A stretch of 64,000 bases of DNA from Sedimentisphaerales bacterium (GTDB lineage: Bacteria; Planctomycetota; Phycisphaerae; Sedimentisphaerales; Anaerobacaceae): positions 160,001-224,000 of the forward strand of contig JAXGYC010000008.1 in the NCBI GenBank assembly GCA_040772485.1, written 5' to 3'. The notes under the pieces were generated by a model. That model worked only from the letters and a program-made list of their open reading frames with translations, was not told where the DNA came from and made no database searches. A program made the translations under genes and the position numbers. Positions 46,897 to 56,603 of this stretch are shown here, piece by piece. Position 1 is the first letter of the stretch, and each line of letters starts with the position of its first letter.

Positions 46897-48261
46897 TCAA
46901 TGGCATTGCCAATCCAGTGACGGCCTTTGATGCCTGCAATACCACTCCCGGTATTCCTGCGACCGCTGTGGCGTGTAGGTCCTGATGGTCGCCGTGTTGG
47001 GAAACCGCTGCGATCTATCGGGCCCGAGCAACGCTGTCCGGGCATGTAGCGCCGCACCGTACGCCGTGAAGGACGCACAGTCAACTGCTTCCAGCGTCAG
47101 GCCGCAGATACTGGAAATCGTCTGCGGCCAGAACCGACTTGCCATGGCCCCGCCGGTCGCTACGATTCTCTCGAGACTGTGCTTCAGGCCACACACCTCC
47201 AGAGCATGAGCAACCGTGGAACCGGCCCACTCCATGTAGCGCCTTACGGACGTTGCAGCATCTCCCGAAGGTTCCACCTCGCCGGCATCGAGATTGACCC
47301 GTACAGGCCCCTCCGGCACGCTCATCCCGGCGAAAGCGGCCTCGAGCTCGGTCAAGGAGGCCTGAGTCAGACCAGAATGTCTCAGCAGCTTGTCGAGCCC
47401 CGCCCCAACCTGCCAGAGGGTGACTATCAGGCCATAGCAGTCCGGCCGGACATCGCGCCCCGGGTGTGTCAGAAATCGCGCATCGTCAAAAGCGGGCCCA
47501 CTCGTTCGGCCGTCGAGAACCCAGGCTGTGCCTGTACCCAGCATCACACACGTGTCCCTTTCGAGACCCGCCGCCTCCATCGCCGCATACTGATCATGCG
47601 AACCCGTGACCAGAGTCAGATTACCCCACGGGCTCTCGATATCTTCCGCCAGAACGCTCAGTCCCGGCACAATGCTCGGCAGCCAACTCTCATCCATCTC
47701 GATCCAGTCGAGGATCGCTGGACTCCATCGCCGCCCCTGGAAATCCGCGAGACCCGTGATCTGCGCGCTGGTGACATCCGTCAGGAGTTCCCCCAAGAAC
47801 TGTGCGTAGACAAGATCGGGCACCGTGGCCATATGGCAGGCACCTTCCGGCACCTGCTTACGCTCAACCATTTGCCTGAGCTTGGCGGCAGCCAACCAGC
47901 CGTGCGGCGGCCAGCCGGTCACGTGGTAATATTCTGTCTGGCCGAATGCATCTGCCAGATCCTGGACAATTGTGTCCTCAGCCAGTTCCGTCCAGCAGCA
48001 CACGTTGCCGACCGGTTGATACTGTGCGTCGAGCAGGACGAAACTACCTCCCTGCCCCGTGACGCTACACGCGACTGACCGATCGGCGAATCGGCCCCGT
48101 TCTGCAAAGAGCTGCATGATCCGGCAAAAGTGCTCGTACCAGTAGGCCCTTGCGGAGGCCATTGATGTCGGCAGGGTCGCCTCGTCGACGACTCGTCCCC
48201 TCTCATCGAGCACGATGCCTTTGGTGCTGGTCGTTCCTATGTCGATCCCGCAGAAGACCAT
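46897..48261 (-). CDS. FGGY family carbohydrate kinase
   Basis: GIDIGTTSTKG, TGQGG, GSHDQ, GTGT, TGG, TAYGAA. Confidence 0.92.
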   Translation of the reverse strand: MVFCGIDIGTTSTKGIVLDERGRVVDEATLPTSMASARAYWYEHFCRIMQLFAERGRFADRSVACSVTGQGGSFVLLDAQYQPVGNVCCWTELAEDTIVQDLADAFGQTEYYHVTGWPPHGWLAAAKLRQMVERKQVPEGACHMATVPDLVYAQFLGELLTDVTSAQITGLADFQGRRWSPAILDWIEMDESWLPSIVPGLSVLAEDIESPWGNLTLVTGSHDQYAAMEAAGLERDTCVMLGTGTAWVLDGRTSGPAFDDARFLTHPGRDVRPDCYGLIVTLWQVGAGLDKLLRHSGLTQASLTELEAAFAGMSVPEGPVRVNLDAGEVEPSGDAATSVRRYMEWAGSTVAHALEVCGLKHSLERIVATGGAMASRFWPQTISSICGLTLEAVDCASFTAYGAALHARTALLGPDRSQRFPNTATIRTYTPQRSQEYREWYCRHQRPSLDWQCH

Positions 48262-48291
48262 GGAATCGGTCACCCCTGATAACACCACAAA

Positions 48292-48307
48292 TGCACACAG
48301 GTGAACA
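48292..48307. promoter_or_regulatory. Candidate operator palindrome upstream of the sugar cluster
   Basis: TGCACACAGGTGAACA fits TGnnCACnnGTGnnCA and lies about 30 bp upstream of the kinase start. Confidence 0.3.
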
Positions 48308-48628
48308 CACCCTAACACTGGGTGAGGTGGCGTGCAACAGGACTCTTGCAGGAATATGGCGCGAGATGCGGCTGTCACCTCATCGCGAACACACATGGCT
48401 ACTGGATCTGCGTAGTCTCTTCGCGAAGATCCCAGCCTCCGAAGCCCTTGATTCTACCACAGCCATTTTTGGAGGACACCTCTATCCCGTTCAGCCCGGA
48501 CGCCATCCTGGGCTGGCATCACAGACTCTGCGCGCAGAAGTATGATGACAGAAGGAACTGCAAGAATCCATAGCGGTTTCATCGCCGAAAAGTGTATGGA
48601 ACGGAAGCAAATGTCGTGCGTCGGAACG

Positions 48629-51505
48629 TCATTCTATGGCCGCCTGTCGGCCGAAGCCTATATCGTCGATATAGACCGTGCCGGTTCCGCCGGCGGCTGG
48701 AGCCGTCTTGCTGCCGACGCCGATGACTATCTTGTCGACGCGGGCGAGATTCACGCCGGACAGATCGCTGTACGGCACTCTCCATTCCTGCCAGGATGGG
48801 CGGACTGTTATGGCCGCATCGGCGTTCACCACCGTCGCGCTCTTGCCGGCGCTGTCCTCGATCGTCACGTACATCGATTCCGCCGAGTTGCCCGCCGGCT
48901 GCGCGACGCCGATCTCGGCTGTCTGCCAGGCGCCCGTCACGTTGCCGGTCGTCGAGATGTTCGAGAACTCGGCGCCCGTCACGATCGCGGTGTCGTGGCT
49001 GCACACCGCCAGACCGATATAGACATTGGCGGCCATCGCGATATCCAGCGCCGGGCTGACCACGATGTCGGTCCAGGTCTCACCGTCTTCCGACTGCTGG
49101 GCGGCAAAGACATTGCCCGTTCGCGTCAGCTTCACCCAGTGCGGCAGCGCGATGTCGGCGACGTCTGTGTTGGCGCTGGCCGCGTCGGCTGTGGGACGAC
49201 GCTGGAACGAGAGGCCGTGCGACGGCGTTGGCGTCAGCGCCACGAACGCGTGCTTCGAGCCGGCCTCCAGCGTCTCACGGATCATCACGCCCGCCTTGGC
49301 CCACTCATTGCTCAGGGCCAGGCTGTCGACGCGGACCGTCATCGAGCCGTTGCCGCCGAGGCTCTTGTAGGCGTAACGGAACTGGTCGCCGTTGTTCCAG
49401 ATGTCCGTGCCGATGCCGTTCATGATGATGCTGCCGTCGGCCGCCTCGACGAAACCCGGCGCATTGCCTCGGACGTACAGCACGAGGGTATCGGCGCCGT
49501 TGCCCGACCAGTCCTGGGCTGTTTCAAATTCCCGCCACGCCTCGGAGTAGAACGGCGAGCCGCTGTTGTCGTACGCCAGCGGCATCGACTGTGTGCCGGT
49601 GCGGACGATGGTCTTCTCGGCGAACGGCGCGTTGAGGTAGCCGACGGTCGAACCGGTTTCATTGACCCAGCCGTCGAGCCAGGTGTCGAAGATCGTCGTC
49701 TTGGCGTCGACGTCATCGTTGTAAGTCTCGAAGCCGTCGATCAGCGCGTATTCCTGCGTCGAAAAACTCCAGAGGTCGCCGGCCCATGTAGTCACGGCAT
49801 CGGCCTCGTTGACTTCGTCGACCTGCCAATAGTACGTGCTGCCGAACTCCAACGCCGGTGCAAACGTGGCCACATCAACCGTGCCGGCCAAACTCATTGC
49901 GTCTGCGTCCGTGCCCAGATACACCTGGTGCGAGACGGCCTCGCGACCGCTGCGCCAGGCCAGAGCCGTGCCGACTTCCACGTCGGCGGCGCCGTCGGCC
50001 GGCTGCGGCTCGCGGGCCTGGGCCGGAATGTACAGGAAGCGGACTTCACTGAGGCCGTACTGGCCCATCATGCCATAGCCGCTGTTGACGTTCAGACGGA
50101 CGTACTTGACGGGAACCCCGCCGAAGTCGACGGTCGTGTTGGCCGCGTATGTCGCCTTGGCCGTGGCCCGGGCAAGCTCGACATCGCCCAGAGCGGTCCA
50201 GTCCGTCCCGTTCTCGGAGTACTCGACTGTGACAGCCTTGATTCCGAAGCCCAGGAGCAGCTCGAACTGGACATTGTAGTTCCAGACCAGCATCTGGTGG
50301 AGCTTGTAGACGCGGTCGAACTCGTACTGGATGTACAGAGGCTCGGCGCCCGGGAGGGCCAGCCACATATCCGTGGCCTCGGTCGAGTGCTGATCGGCGG
50401 CATCGAGCCCGGAGCCATTGATCGTCCTCTCCGGTCCGGCGGTCTCATCCGAGACGCCGTTGGTCGTCGCGATGATGTTGGCGACCCGATAGGCGAACGG
50501 CTCGGTCGTGAAGCTCCAGACCTCGCCCTTGAAGATGGTGGTACTCGGAGCGGCATTGACCTCGTCGATGCGCCAGTAGTAGGTCGTGCCGAATTCGAGC
50601 AGACCGGGCGGATCACACGTGGCCGCCGTCTGCCCTTGGCTGACGAGCACACCCAGCGGGTTGGACCGGCTGGCGTCGTTGACGTCATCGAACACCGTGC
50701 CGAGATACACATCATGCGAAGCGGCAAACTCACCCGCCGTCCAGCGAAGGATTACATCACGAGGCACATCGTTCCCTTCATCCACCGGAATGGGATTAGC
50801 GGCAAGTTCCGTGGCCCCACCTTCCATTACCGCAAGTATTTCGTCCGCGGTCAGAACCACGTTGTAGAGCCGAACGTCGTCCATGAGGCCGCTGAAGTAC
50901 TCGATCCAGCTCGTGTTGTAGCCGATGAAGAGGGGTCCATTGCTGGATGCGTCGGCGAGGATCAGATTGCCGGTCACACTCAGGGTGGCAAGCGCGACGC
51001 CGTCTTTATACAGGATCATGGCGGACCCATCATAAGTAAGCGCCACATGTGTCCAAATGCCAATGTCTATTGGGATGTTGGGTGTCCAGTCATTACCTTG
51101 GGGTCCGGCCAGGGCCGCTCCAAGGTTGACATTCAGATAGAGGTAGAGATCCTTTCTGTCGCTTGGCCCAAACTTGGCGACGATAGTTCTATAGTAGCTG
51201 GAGTTGCCAAGGTCCAGGGGATGGATCCAGGCGGTGACCGTGATCTGGTTCACGAAGTCGTGGAGACTGGGGCTATCGGGGACTTCAACATTCTGGCTTG
51301 AGCCATCCAAGTCGATCGCCGGCCCAATCATCCCTTGCCCAAACGACGGGCTGCCCACGAGGATGCCATGGTTGGCATTGCCGGACATGTCCCTGGCATC
51401 GCCATCCAAGCTCCACCACCCTACAGGCTTTGGACCGCGCGCGAGGGTCAGAACCGGGCCGGCGAGAAGAACGATGGAAACCAGACAGGCTATCTTTGAG
51501 CGCAT
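48629..51505 (-). CDS. Secreted LamG-like + discoidin (F5/8) multidomain surface protein
   Basis: Signal peptide, WTHVALTYDG...F.GLMDDVRLYN, HDVYLGT / YYWRIDEVN / G.VWSFTT repeats, MLVWNYN...GLSEVRF, C-terminal VYIDDIGFGR. Confidence 0.92.
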   Translation of the reverse strand: MRSKIACLVSIVLLAGPVLTLARGPKPVGWWSLDGDARDMSGNANHGILVGSPSFGQGMIGPAIDLDGSSQNVEVPDSPSLHDFVNQITVTAWIHPLDLGNSSYYRTIVAKFGPSDRKDLYLYLNVNLGAALAGPQGNDWTPNIPIDIGIWTHVALTYDGSAMILYKDGVALATLSVTGNLILADASSNGPLFIGYNTSWIEYFSGLMDDVRLYNVVLTADEILAVMEGGATELAANPIPVDEGNDVPRDVILRWTAGEFAASHDVYLGTVFDDVNDASRSNPLGVLVSQGQTAATCDPPGLLEFGTTYYWRIDEVNAAPSTTIFKGEVWSFTTEPFAYRVANIIATTNGVSDETAGPERTINGSGLDAADQHSTEATDMWLALPGAEPLYIQYEFDRVYKLHQMLVWNYNVQFELLLGFGIKAVTVEYSENGTDWTALGDVELARATAKATYAANTTVDFGGVPVKYVRLNVNSGYGMMGQYGLSEVRFLYIPAQAREPQPADGAADVEVGTALAWRSGREAVSHQVYLGTDADAMSLAGTVDVATFAPALEFGSTYYWQVDEVNEADAVTTWAGDLWSFSTQEYALIDGFETYNDDVDAKTTIFDTWLDGWVNETGSTVGYLNAPFAEKTIVRTGTQSMPLAYDNSGSPFYSEAWREFETAQDWSGNGADTLVLYVRGNAPGFVEAADGSIIMNGIGTDIWNNGDQFRYAYKSLGGNGSMTVRVDSLALSNEWAKAGVMIRETLEAGSKHAFVALTPTPSHGLSFQRRPTADAASANTDVADIALPHWVKLTRTGNVFAAQQSEDGETWTDIVVSPALDIAMAANVYIGLAVCSHDTAIVTGAEFSNISTTGNVTGAWQTAEIGVAQPAGNSAESMYVTIEDSAGKSATVVNADAAITVRPSWQEWRVPYSDLSGVNLARVDKIVIGVGSKTAPAAGGTGTVYIDDIGFGRQAAIE

Positions 51506-52101
51506 GGTGTGCCTCCTTCAACCAAGAAGTGATCTGGGATTTCCCATTCGACCTCATATACTGTGCTCCTTCACAGTACACCCTTCATGATACCGAAGTA
51601 CTACATCCGATTTCAATAGCCATGGCGATCAGGTCTGGCCTATTCCCTCGCTGGAATTCGTTGATCTGCCTCAAAATCCTGTATTTCACCGCTCCTCCGG
51701 CGTACCTCCACCACCGTCTTCCCACAGTCGAACACGGTCCAGGCCCGTTTCCCCAACCTCGGCTGCGCCCCCCAGCGGTTCGTCCCGGTTGCTCTCTACG
51801 CTCCGTGCTTGTGGCCCGCTGACTGGACGCCTTGGACCGATCGGGACATACTCTGGAAGCACCCTGCCTCCCTTCACATCTGATCCTTGGCCACCTTCAG
51901 AGATTCGCGTTCATCAGGCCGGCCGAAATGACCCAGCCGATCTTCTTCTATCCTCTGGGTCAACGTGAGTGGACCACTTGCGTCCTGCTCCCGGCCCCAT
52001 CTTGGATTCTCTCAGAAAGCACTCTGGGAGAATTCGGCTGCTTCAGGACAATCGCCCGACCGCTGGACAAGCACGACTTGCCCTGCCCGCACATGCCAAT
52101 G

Positions 52102-52521
52102 TCAGCGGTTCGCCTTTCGACTCTGCTCGAGTTCGCTGTAGCCGCACTTCGGACATCGATCAGCATAGTCAAACTGCTTTCCTTGGCGTAGACCGTATGG
52201 AAAAAGGTGCCCGCACTTCTCACACCGGACGGCTCGCACGGCGGTCTCTTTCCCACATTTCTGGCACGTTACAGGAGGTGCCGTAGGCAGATTTTCAAGG
52301 CGAGGATTGGCTCGCCTCTTCTCTTCGACCTGCATGAAATAGTCTTCTTTTCCCATCTCATAGGCGGCTCCACAGTCAGGAGCCCTGCACTGTATCCATA
52401 CTCGTTCACCGGCACTGAGGCTCTCAACACCAGCAGGGTGACGAGACATGCTCCTGACGACGATCAGCACTGCCGCAACAGAACAGGAGAGAGTGATTAC
52501 AATGGCGATCTTCTTCTGCAT
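52102..52521 (-). CDS. Membrane-anchored multi-Zn-ribbon hypothetical protein
   Basis: N-terminal hydrophobic anchor, C-x4-C, CQKCG, CEKCG, CPKCG. Directly downstream of a prepilin gene. Confidence 0.8.
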   Translation of the reverse strand: MQKKIAIVITLSCSVAAVLIVVRSMSRHPAGVESLSAGERVWIQCRAPDCGAAYEMGKEDYFMQVEEKRRANPRLENLPTAPPVTCQKCGKETAVRAVRCEKCGHLFPYGLRQGKQFDYADRCPKCGYSELEQSRKANR

Positions 52522-52546
52522 TCGTCGGCCTTGACTACTCAGTACC

Positions 52547-53299
52547 CTACGGATCGGGAAAACTCCGCATCCAATCCGGCCATTGCGGCAGAGGAGCACT
52601 CACATCGAACCTGCGATTCCATTTCAACCGCCACAACTGCTTCAGCGGGATCGCTCTTGCCGTGAAATCCAAGAACACGCTGTTGATGCTACCACTGTGC
52701 CGGTTCTGGCAGGCGAACTTCAAAGCGTTGGTGCTCCAGCCATCCACCTGACCCTCATACTCCGGAGGCTGGTCCGTGTGGTGTGGGCGAAAGTCCCACC
52801 AGTGATTGTCCAACAAGAGGGGAATGCTGTTCGCATTTTGGACATCCCTGCTTCTCCAGTACCAGTCAGCCGGCATGCCCCCTTCGCGACCTTCGGGCGG
52901 GTTTGTCACCCAGATGTTGATCCCATAACTGCCCACCTGACCGCTGTCGTGCGTCCAGGCGCCAAACGGGTCCCTGCCGCCTTCACTGCGGGGTCTGGTC
53001 GCTGTAGGACAAAACGTCAAATCGGGGTTGTCCAAGTAGTATGCCTTTAATACGTTCAGCCAACTCCATTGAACATCTTCTGAGAGATTCCAGCCTGGGT
53101 GGAACCGACCGTCATGGTCCTGCGTGTACATGGAGAAGTAGAGACCCCATTGCCTCAGGTTAGACATGCACGTCACCCCTTGCGCTTGCTTTCTGGCCCG
53201 CTGCAGGGATGGCATCAATAGGGCCATCAGCAATGCAATGATCGATATGACCACCAGGAGCTCGACCAATGTGAAAGCGCTCTTCCTCCTGTTGTCCAT
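52547..53299 (-). CDS. Prepilin-type N-terminal cleavage/methylation protein (DUF1559-like)
   Basis: AFTLVELLVVISIIALL, FCP.A, SYGIN, RHSGSINSVFLDF. GGAGG RBS. Confidence 0.92.
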   Translation of the reverse strand: MDNRRKSAFTLVELLVVISIIALLMALLMPSLQRARKQAQGVTCMSNLRQWGLYFSMYTQDHDGRFHPGWNLSEDVQWSWLNVLKAYYLDNPDLTFCPTATRPRSEGGRDPFGAWTHDSGQVGSYGINIWVTNPPEGREGGMPADWYWRSRDVQNANSIPLLLDNHWWDFRPHHTDQPPEYEGQVDGWSTNALKFACQNRHSGSINSVFLDFTARAIPLKQLWRLKWNRRFDVSAPLPQWPDWMRSFPDP

Positions 53300-54166
53300 A
53301 GCCCGTTTACCTCCTTCCCAAGGCGTAGTATCCCCACGTCCTCTCCGCCAACAGGAAAGACCTCTCCGCAAGTGCTCTTCTTGTGTCTGTCTGCCACTTC
53401 TGTGGAAGCCCACATGGCAACGTGCCTCCTCAGGCAGAACAAACCAGTCACCTTAGAGATTATAGTCCAGACGGGGCGGCGCCCGCATTACAATTCTCCA
53501 TATCACGGGGGCCGCTGTGCCATATCAACGCGGAAACGCACGCTGGATCATGCCCCCTGATCGGCCAAAAACGCGAAAACACGCATCCTCCGGGGGGAGA
53601 GTTGGTTGAGAACCTTCCTGCTGTCGGCCATCCGTCGATCACAGGCGGCCCGCAGGCCAGTTTCCGCAGGCCTTGCATCTTGCCGGACCAACTGAATGCT
53701 ATGCGATTCAGTCGGACCGGATGCAGGCGGCACCCCTCACGGACGACCAAGTCAAGGGGACTCCACGGACTATACCTCTCCAACGGGGCCTTTTCACGCA
53801 GAGAGGGACGCGGACTTCGACAGGGGTAGAAGCGATGCCAGGAGCGGCGGCAAGACGCATTCTCTTCATATCGTGAGAATATCCGCTGCTATCGTTCCGT
53901 CGCTCACCTCGGCCGTTCTCTGTCCTCGGCGTTTCGGGCCCGTCTGTTCGGCTGGAAGATCGACGCGAGGGACCGCCCCTGAGTCTGCCGTCCTCTGTTC
54001 TTCCTGCCAAGACGCCGCCGATCGGATGCGCAGCGGCGTAAAGGTTCCTCGTCTCGTCGTATCCTGGTCGCTCTCTGAGACCCTTGCCGTATCGCAAAGG
54101 CAAGATGCGCCTCAGTCCTTTGATTGCGAGGCGGTCGACCGCCCATCCTGATCTGCCCGATGCGAG

Positions 54167-55516
54167 TTACCCGCCGGCGACTCCAAAAGCCTGTTTGGGC
54201 TTCACGAAGAGCACCTCACCGCGCTCGATCCATCCCAATCGCAGATCGATCCGAAACCAGCCGTCCCTGTTCTTCCTATCGAAGCGGACGGGCGAACGCC
54301 TGCCAAGCTCTTTGAGGTCATACTGCGTCCACGTCCGCCCCATATCGAGGGAGATCATGAATCCCGTGGCGTACGGCGACGCCGGGGCATAGTGCGAGGC
54401 CAGAATCACACCATCTTCGATGATCATATTGGCGGATTCGTATTGCGGGTTGAACAGCATCGTATGGGCCTCAGGCCTGGCGAGGTCGGCCGGGTCGCAA
54501 CGGAAGATACCTCGGTCGTGCGGCTGGGGCCCGTTCGCGTCGGCAATCCAGTACAGTTTTCCGTCGACGAAGTTGATGCCGCCCGACTTGTAACGCGAAT
54601 TCGACGAATCCGAGACGAGGACGGCCCACCGCCACTCGTCACGGTCCGCGTCATAAGTGCCCTTCAACCAATGGCACTCGTGCTTGTCTCCTATGTCACG
54701 GTCGCCTGTGCACGCATAGAAAGCGTTCTCCACAGGGTTGTACGCCACACAGTGGACGTGGCGGCAGATGACTGGATTGTCGGGATCGCCCAGCAGTGTA
54801 CCCGTTGCACCTCCCCCCACGGAGCCATTGTCCCGATACTGGGGATTCTGTCCAAACGCATACGCGATTTTGACGGTTTGGCCGCTGTCGGGAGAGTAGT
54901 AGATATTGACCGGGGCCGCGCCGCCGAGTACATTGCAGTAGTTGCCCCATACCAGTATCTCTCTGCCATTCACATCCCACGTGTGGACGCCATCGAGAGG
55001 GTGGAAGTACCAGCCGGGATGCTCCGGGTTTTGGGGTGTATGCGGTACGCAGTCTGCACCGTTGGCGTCTTTCACCGTGATCTGGCGGTAGGTCTGGAGA
55101 TTGTCCGCGCTGACGTACAGCCTGGTGTCTGTGGCGAAGAGGATGTTCCCATTCTTCAGAATGGAGCTGAACGTTATATTGCGGGCATGGGGAAATGGGA
55201 TGCTGTGCGGCCAAGTGTGGGCGTTGTCCTCTGAGAGAAAGATGGCTGTATCGGAGAAACCAAATGCCTTATTGTCACGTTGCGAGTCAATATAGGGACC
55301 CGCAGGCTGGAGGCGATACCAGAAATGGTCGGTTGAGGGCCAGTCGGACGGGACAACGATCGCGCCGGCGTCGAGTTCAGGCGGGTCCGTCACCACTATC
55401 CCCACAGCGGCCAGCGTGGCAGCATTCAGAAAATGGCGGCGAGTGATCTGGTGTCGCGCCGTCGTGAATCGGCCTTCGACCAGGTGTCGCGCGGTGTCAC
55501 CCCGGAGGAATCGCAT
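54167..55516 (-). CDS. Tat-exported BNR/Asp-box beta-propeller (sialidase-like fold) protein
   Basis: TRRHFL, and Asp-boxes SEDNAHTW, SPDSGQT, SLDMGRTW. Confidence 0.75.
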   Translation of the reverse strand: MRFLRGDTARHLVEGRFTTARHQITRRHFLNAATLAAVGIVVTDPPELDAGAIVVPSDWPSTDHFWYRLQPAGPYIDSQRDNKAFGFSDTAIFLSEDNAHTWPHSIPFPHARNITFSSILKNGNILFATDTRLYVSADNLQTYRQITVKDANGADCVPHTPQNPEHPGWYFHPLDGVHTWDVNGREILVWGNYCNVLGGAAPVNIYYSPDSGQTVKIAYAFGQNPQYRDNGSVGGGATGTLLGDPDNPVICRHVHCVAYNPVENAFYACTGDRDIGDKHECHWLKGTYDADRDEWRWAVLVSDSSNSRYKSGGINFVDGKLYWIADANGPQPHDRGIFRCDPADLARPEAHTMLFNPQYESANMIIEDGVILASHYAPASPYATGFMISLDMGRTWTQYDLKELGRRSPVRFDRKNRDGWFRIDLRLGWIERGEVLFVKPKQAFGVAGG

Positions 55517-55654
55517 TGTCTCATGTCCTCAAAACAAGCTGCATTGGATCAGCCGTTCACCAACGTTCGGGACCAGAACACCGCCCTCGGGTCTGGCTGC
55601 CGGTCGCCTCAGTTCAAGTCGTGTGACAAGAATGCCTCAAGTTAGCCGACGGTG

Positions 55655-56566
55655 TCATGCTCCCGCCGAGGCGGCGAAGTCCTCGACAAACCTCACGCAT
55701 TGGGCCACGTCTTGGACCAGCCGGGGCGACAGGTGTTCGTACTCGATGGTCGCGATGCCGCGGAACTTCAGGGCACGCAACGTCTGCAGAACCTGTGTGT
55801 AGTTGGCCTTGCCCTCGCCCAGCGGCACGTCGCGAGATTCGGGGTTCCCCAACTCCGCGACGTCCTTCAGGTGCACGGTGATGATGCGGCCGTCCAGTTT
55901 CCTGAGGCACTCAACCGGGTCCAGGCCGGTGCGGACATAGTGACCGGTGTCCGGGCAGGCGCCGATGAACTTGCTCCGGCCCTCGCAGACCTTCAGAACA
56001 TTCTCCGGCCGCCAGTACTTCGACCCCGCGGCTTCCGAATGATTGTGGATCGCCAGGCTCATCTGGTACTCCTGGCACAGCCTGTCGAGGGCTTCGAAGA
56101 CCTCCGCCGGCGGCTCGGCCACGAGGGTTTCAACTCCCATCTCCTTGGCGAAATCGAACACCTTGCGAAAGACGTTCACGTCAGCGTCGAGCGGCGCGTA
56201 ATAGCTCGCCATCCTCATGCCGCGGTCGCCCAACCGTTTCTTCATCTCCCGGCGCTGCCCCGGCGCAAGCGATTCGCTCGTCTTGAGCTCCGGTTGCTCC
56301 TTGCTCAGCGGCAGGAAGAACGCCGGCTCAACACAGCGGATGCCCAGGCCCGCGATCACGTCCAGCGCCTCGTAGAAGCTCCGGTCACGGAAGGTATAGA
56401 GCCCACATGACAACCGCCACCCCATCCTCTCTGCTTGAGGCGTGCTCAACTTGGCCTTCGGTGCCTCCGCGGACATCGCCTCGGCCGCCCCGGCCAGGAT
56501 GCTTCCCGCTCCCCAGCCTCCCGCGACCACCAGCAACTCCCGACGACTCCATCGACTCGTACTCAT
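55655..56566 (-). CDS. Tat-exported sugar phosphate isomerase/epimerase-like TIM barrel
   Basis: SRRELL, LAIHNH, DTGH, VHLKD, TIEYE. Confidence 0.9.
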   Translation of the reverse strand: MSTSRWSRRELLVVAGGWGAGSILAGAAEAMSAEAPKAKLSTPQAERMGWRLSCGLYTFRDRSFYEALDVIAGLGIRCVEPAFFLPLSKEQPELKTSESLAPGQRREMKKRLGDRGMRMASYYAPLDADVNVFRKVFDFAKEMGVETLVAEPPAEVFEALDRLCQEYQMSLAIHNHSEAAGSKYWRPENVLKVCEGRSKFIGACPDTGHYVRTGLDPVECLRKLDGRIITVHLKDVAELGNPESRDVPLGEGKANYTQVLQTLRALKFRGIATIEYEHLSPRLVQDVAQCVRFVEDFAASAGA

Positions 56567-56603
56567 GAGACCTCCTTATAATCTGCGCAATTCCGGCTGA
56601 CAG

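Noticed and set aside
48542..51301. Long antisense ORFs (also 34563-37217, 30670-32910, 23163-25439, 28705-30321)
   Set aside because: They are shadow frames opposite well-supported genes, expected in high-GC DNA, and have no recognisable motifs.
53801..53850. GGACGCGGACTTCGACAGGGG resembles tmRNA terminal motifs
   Set aside because: No matching acceptor stem, T-arm pairing, CCA end or tag reading frame found.
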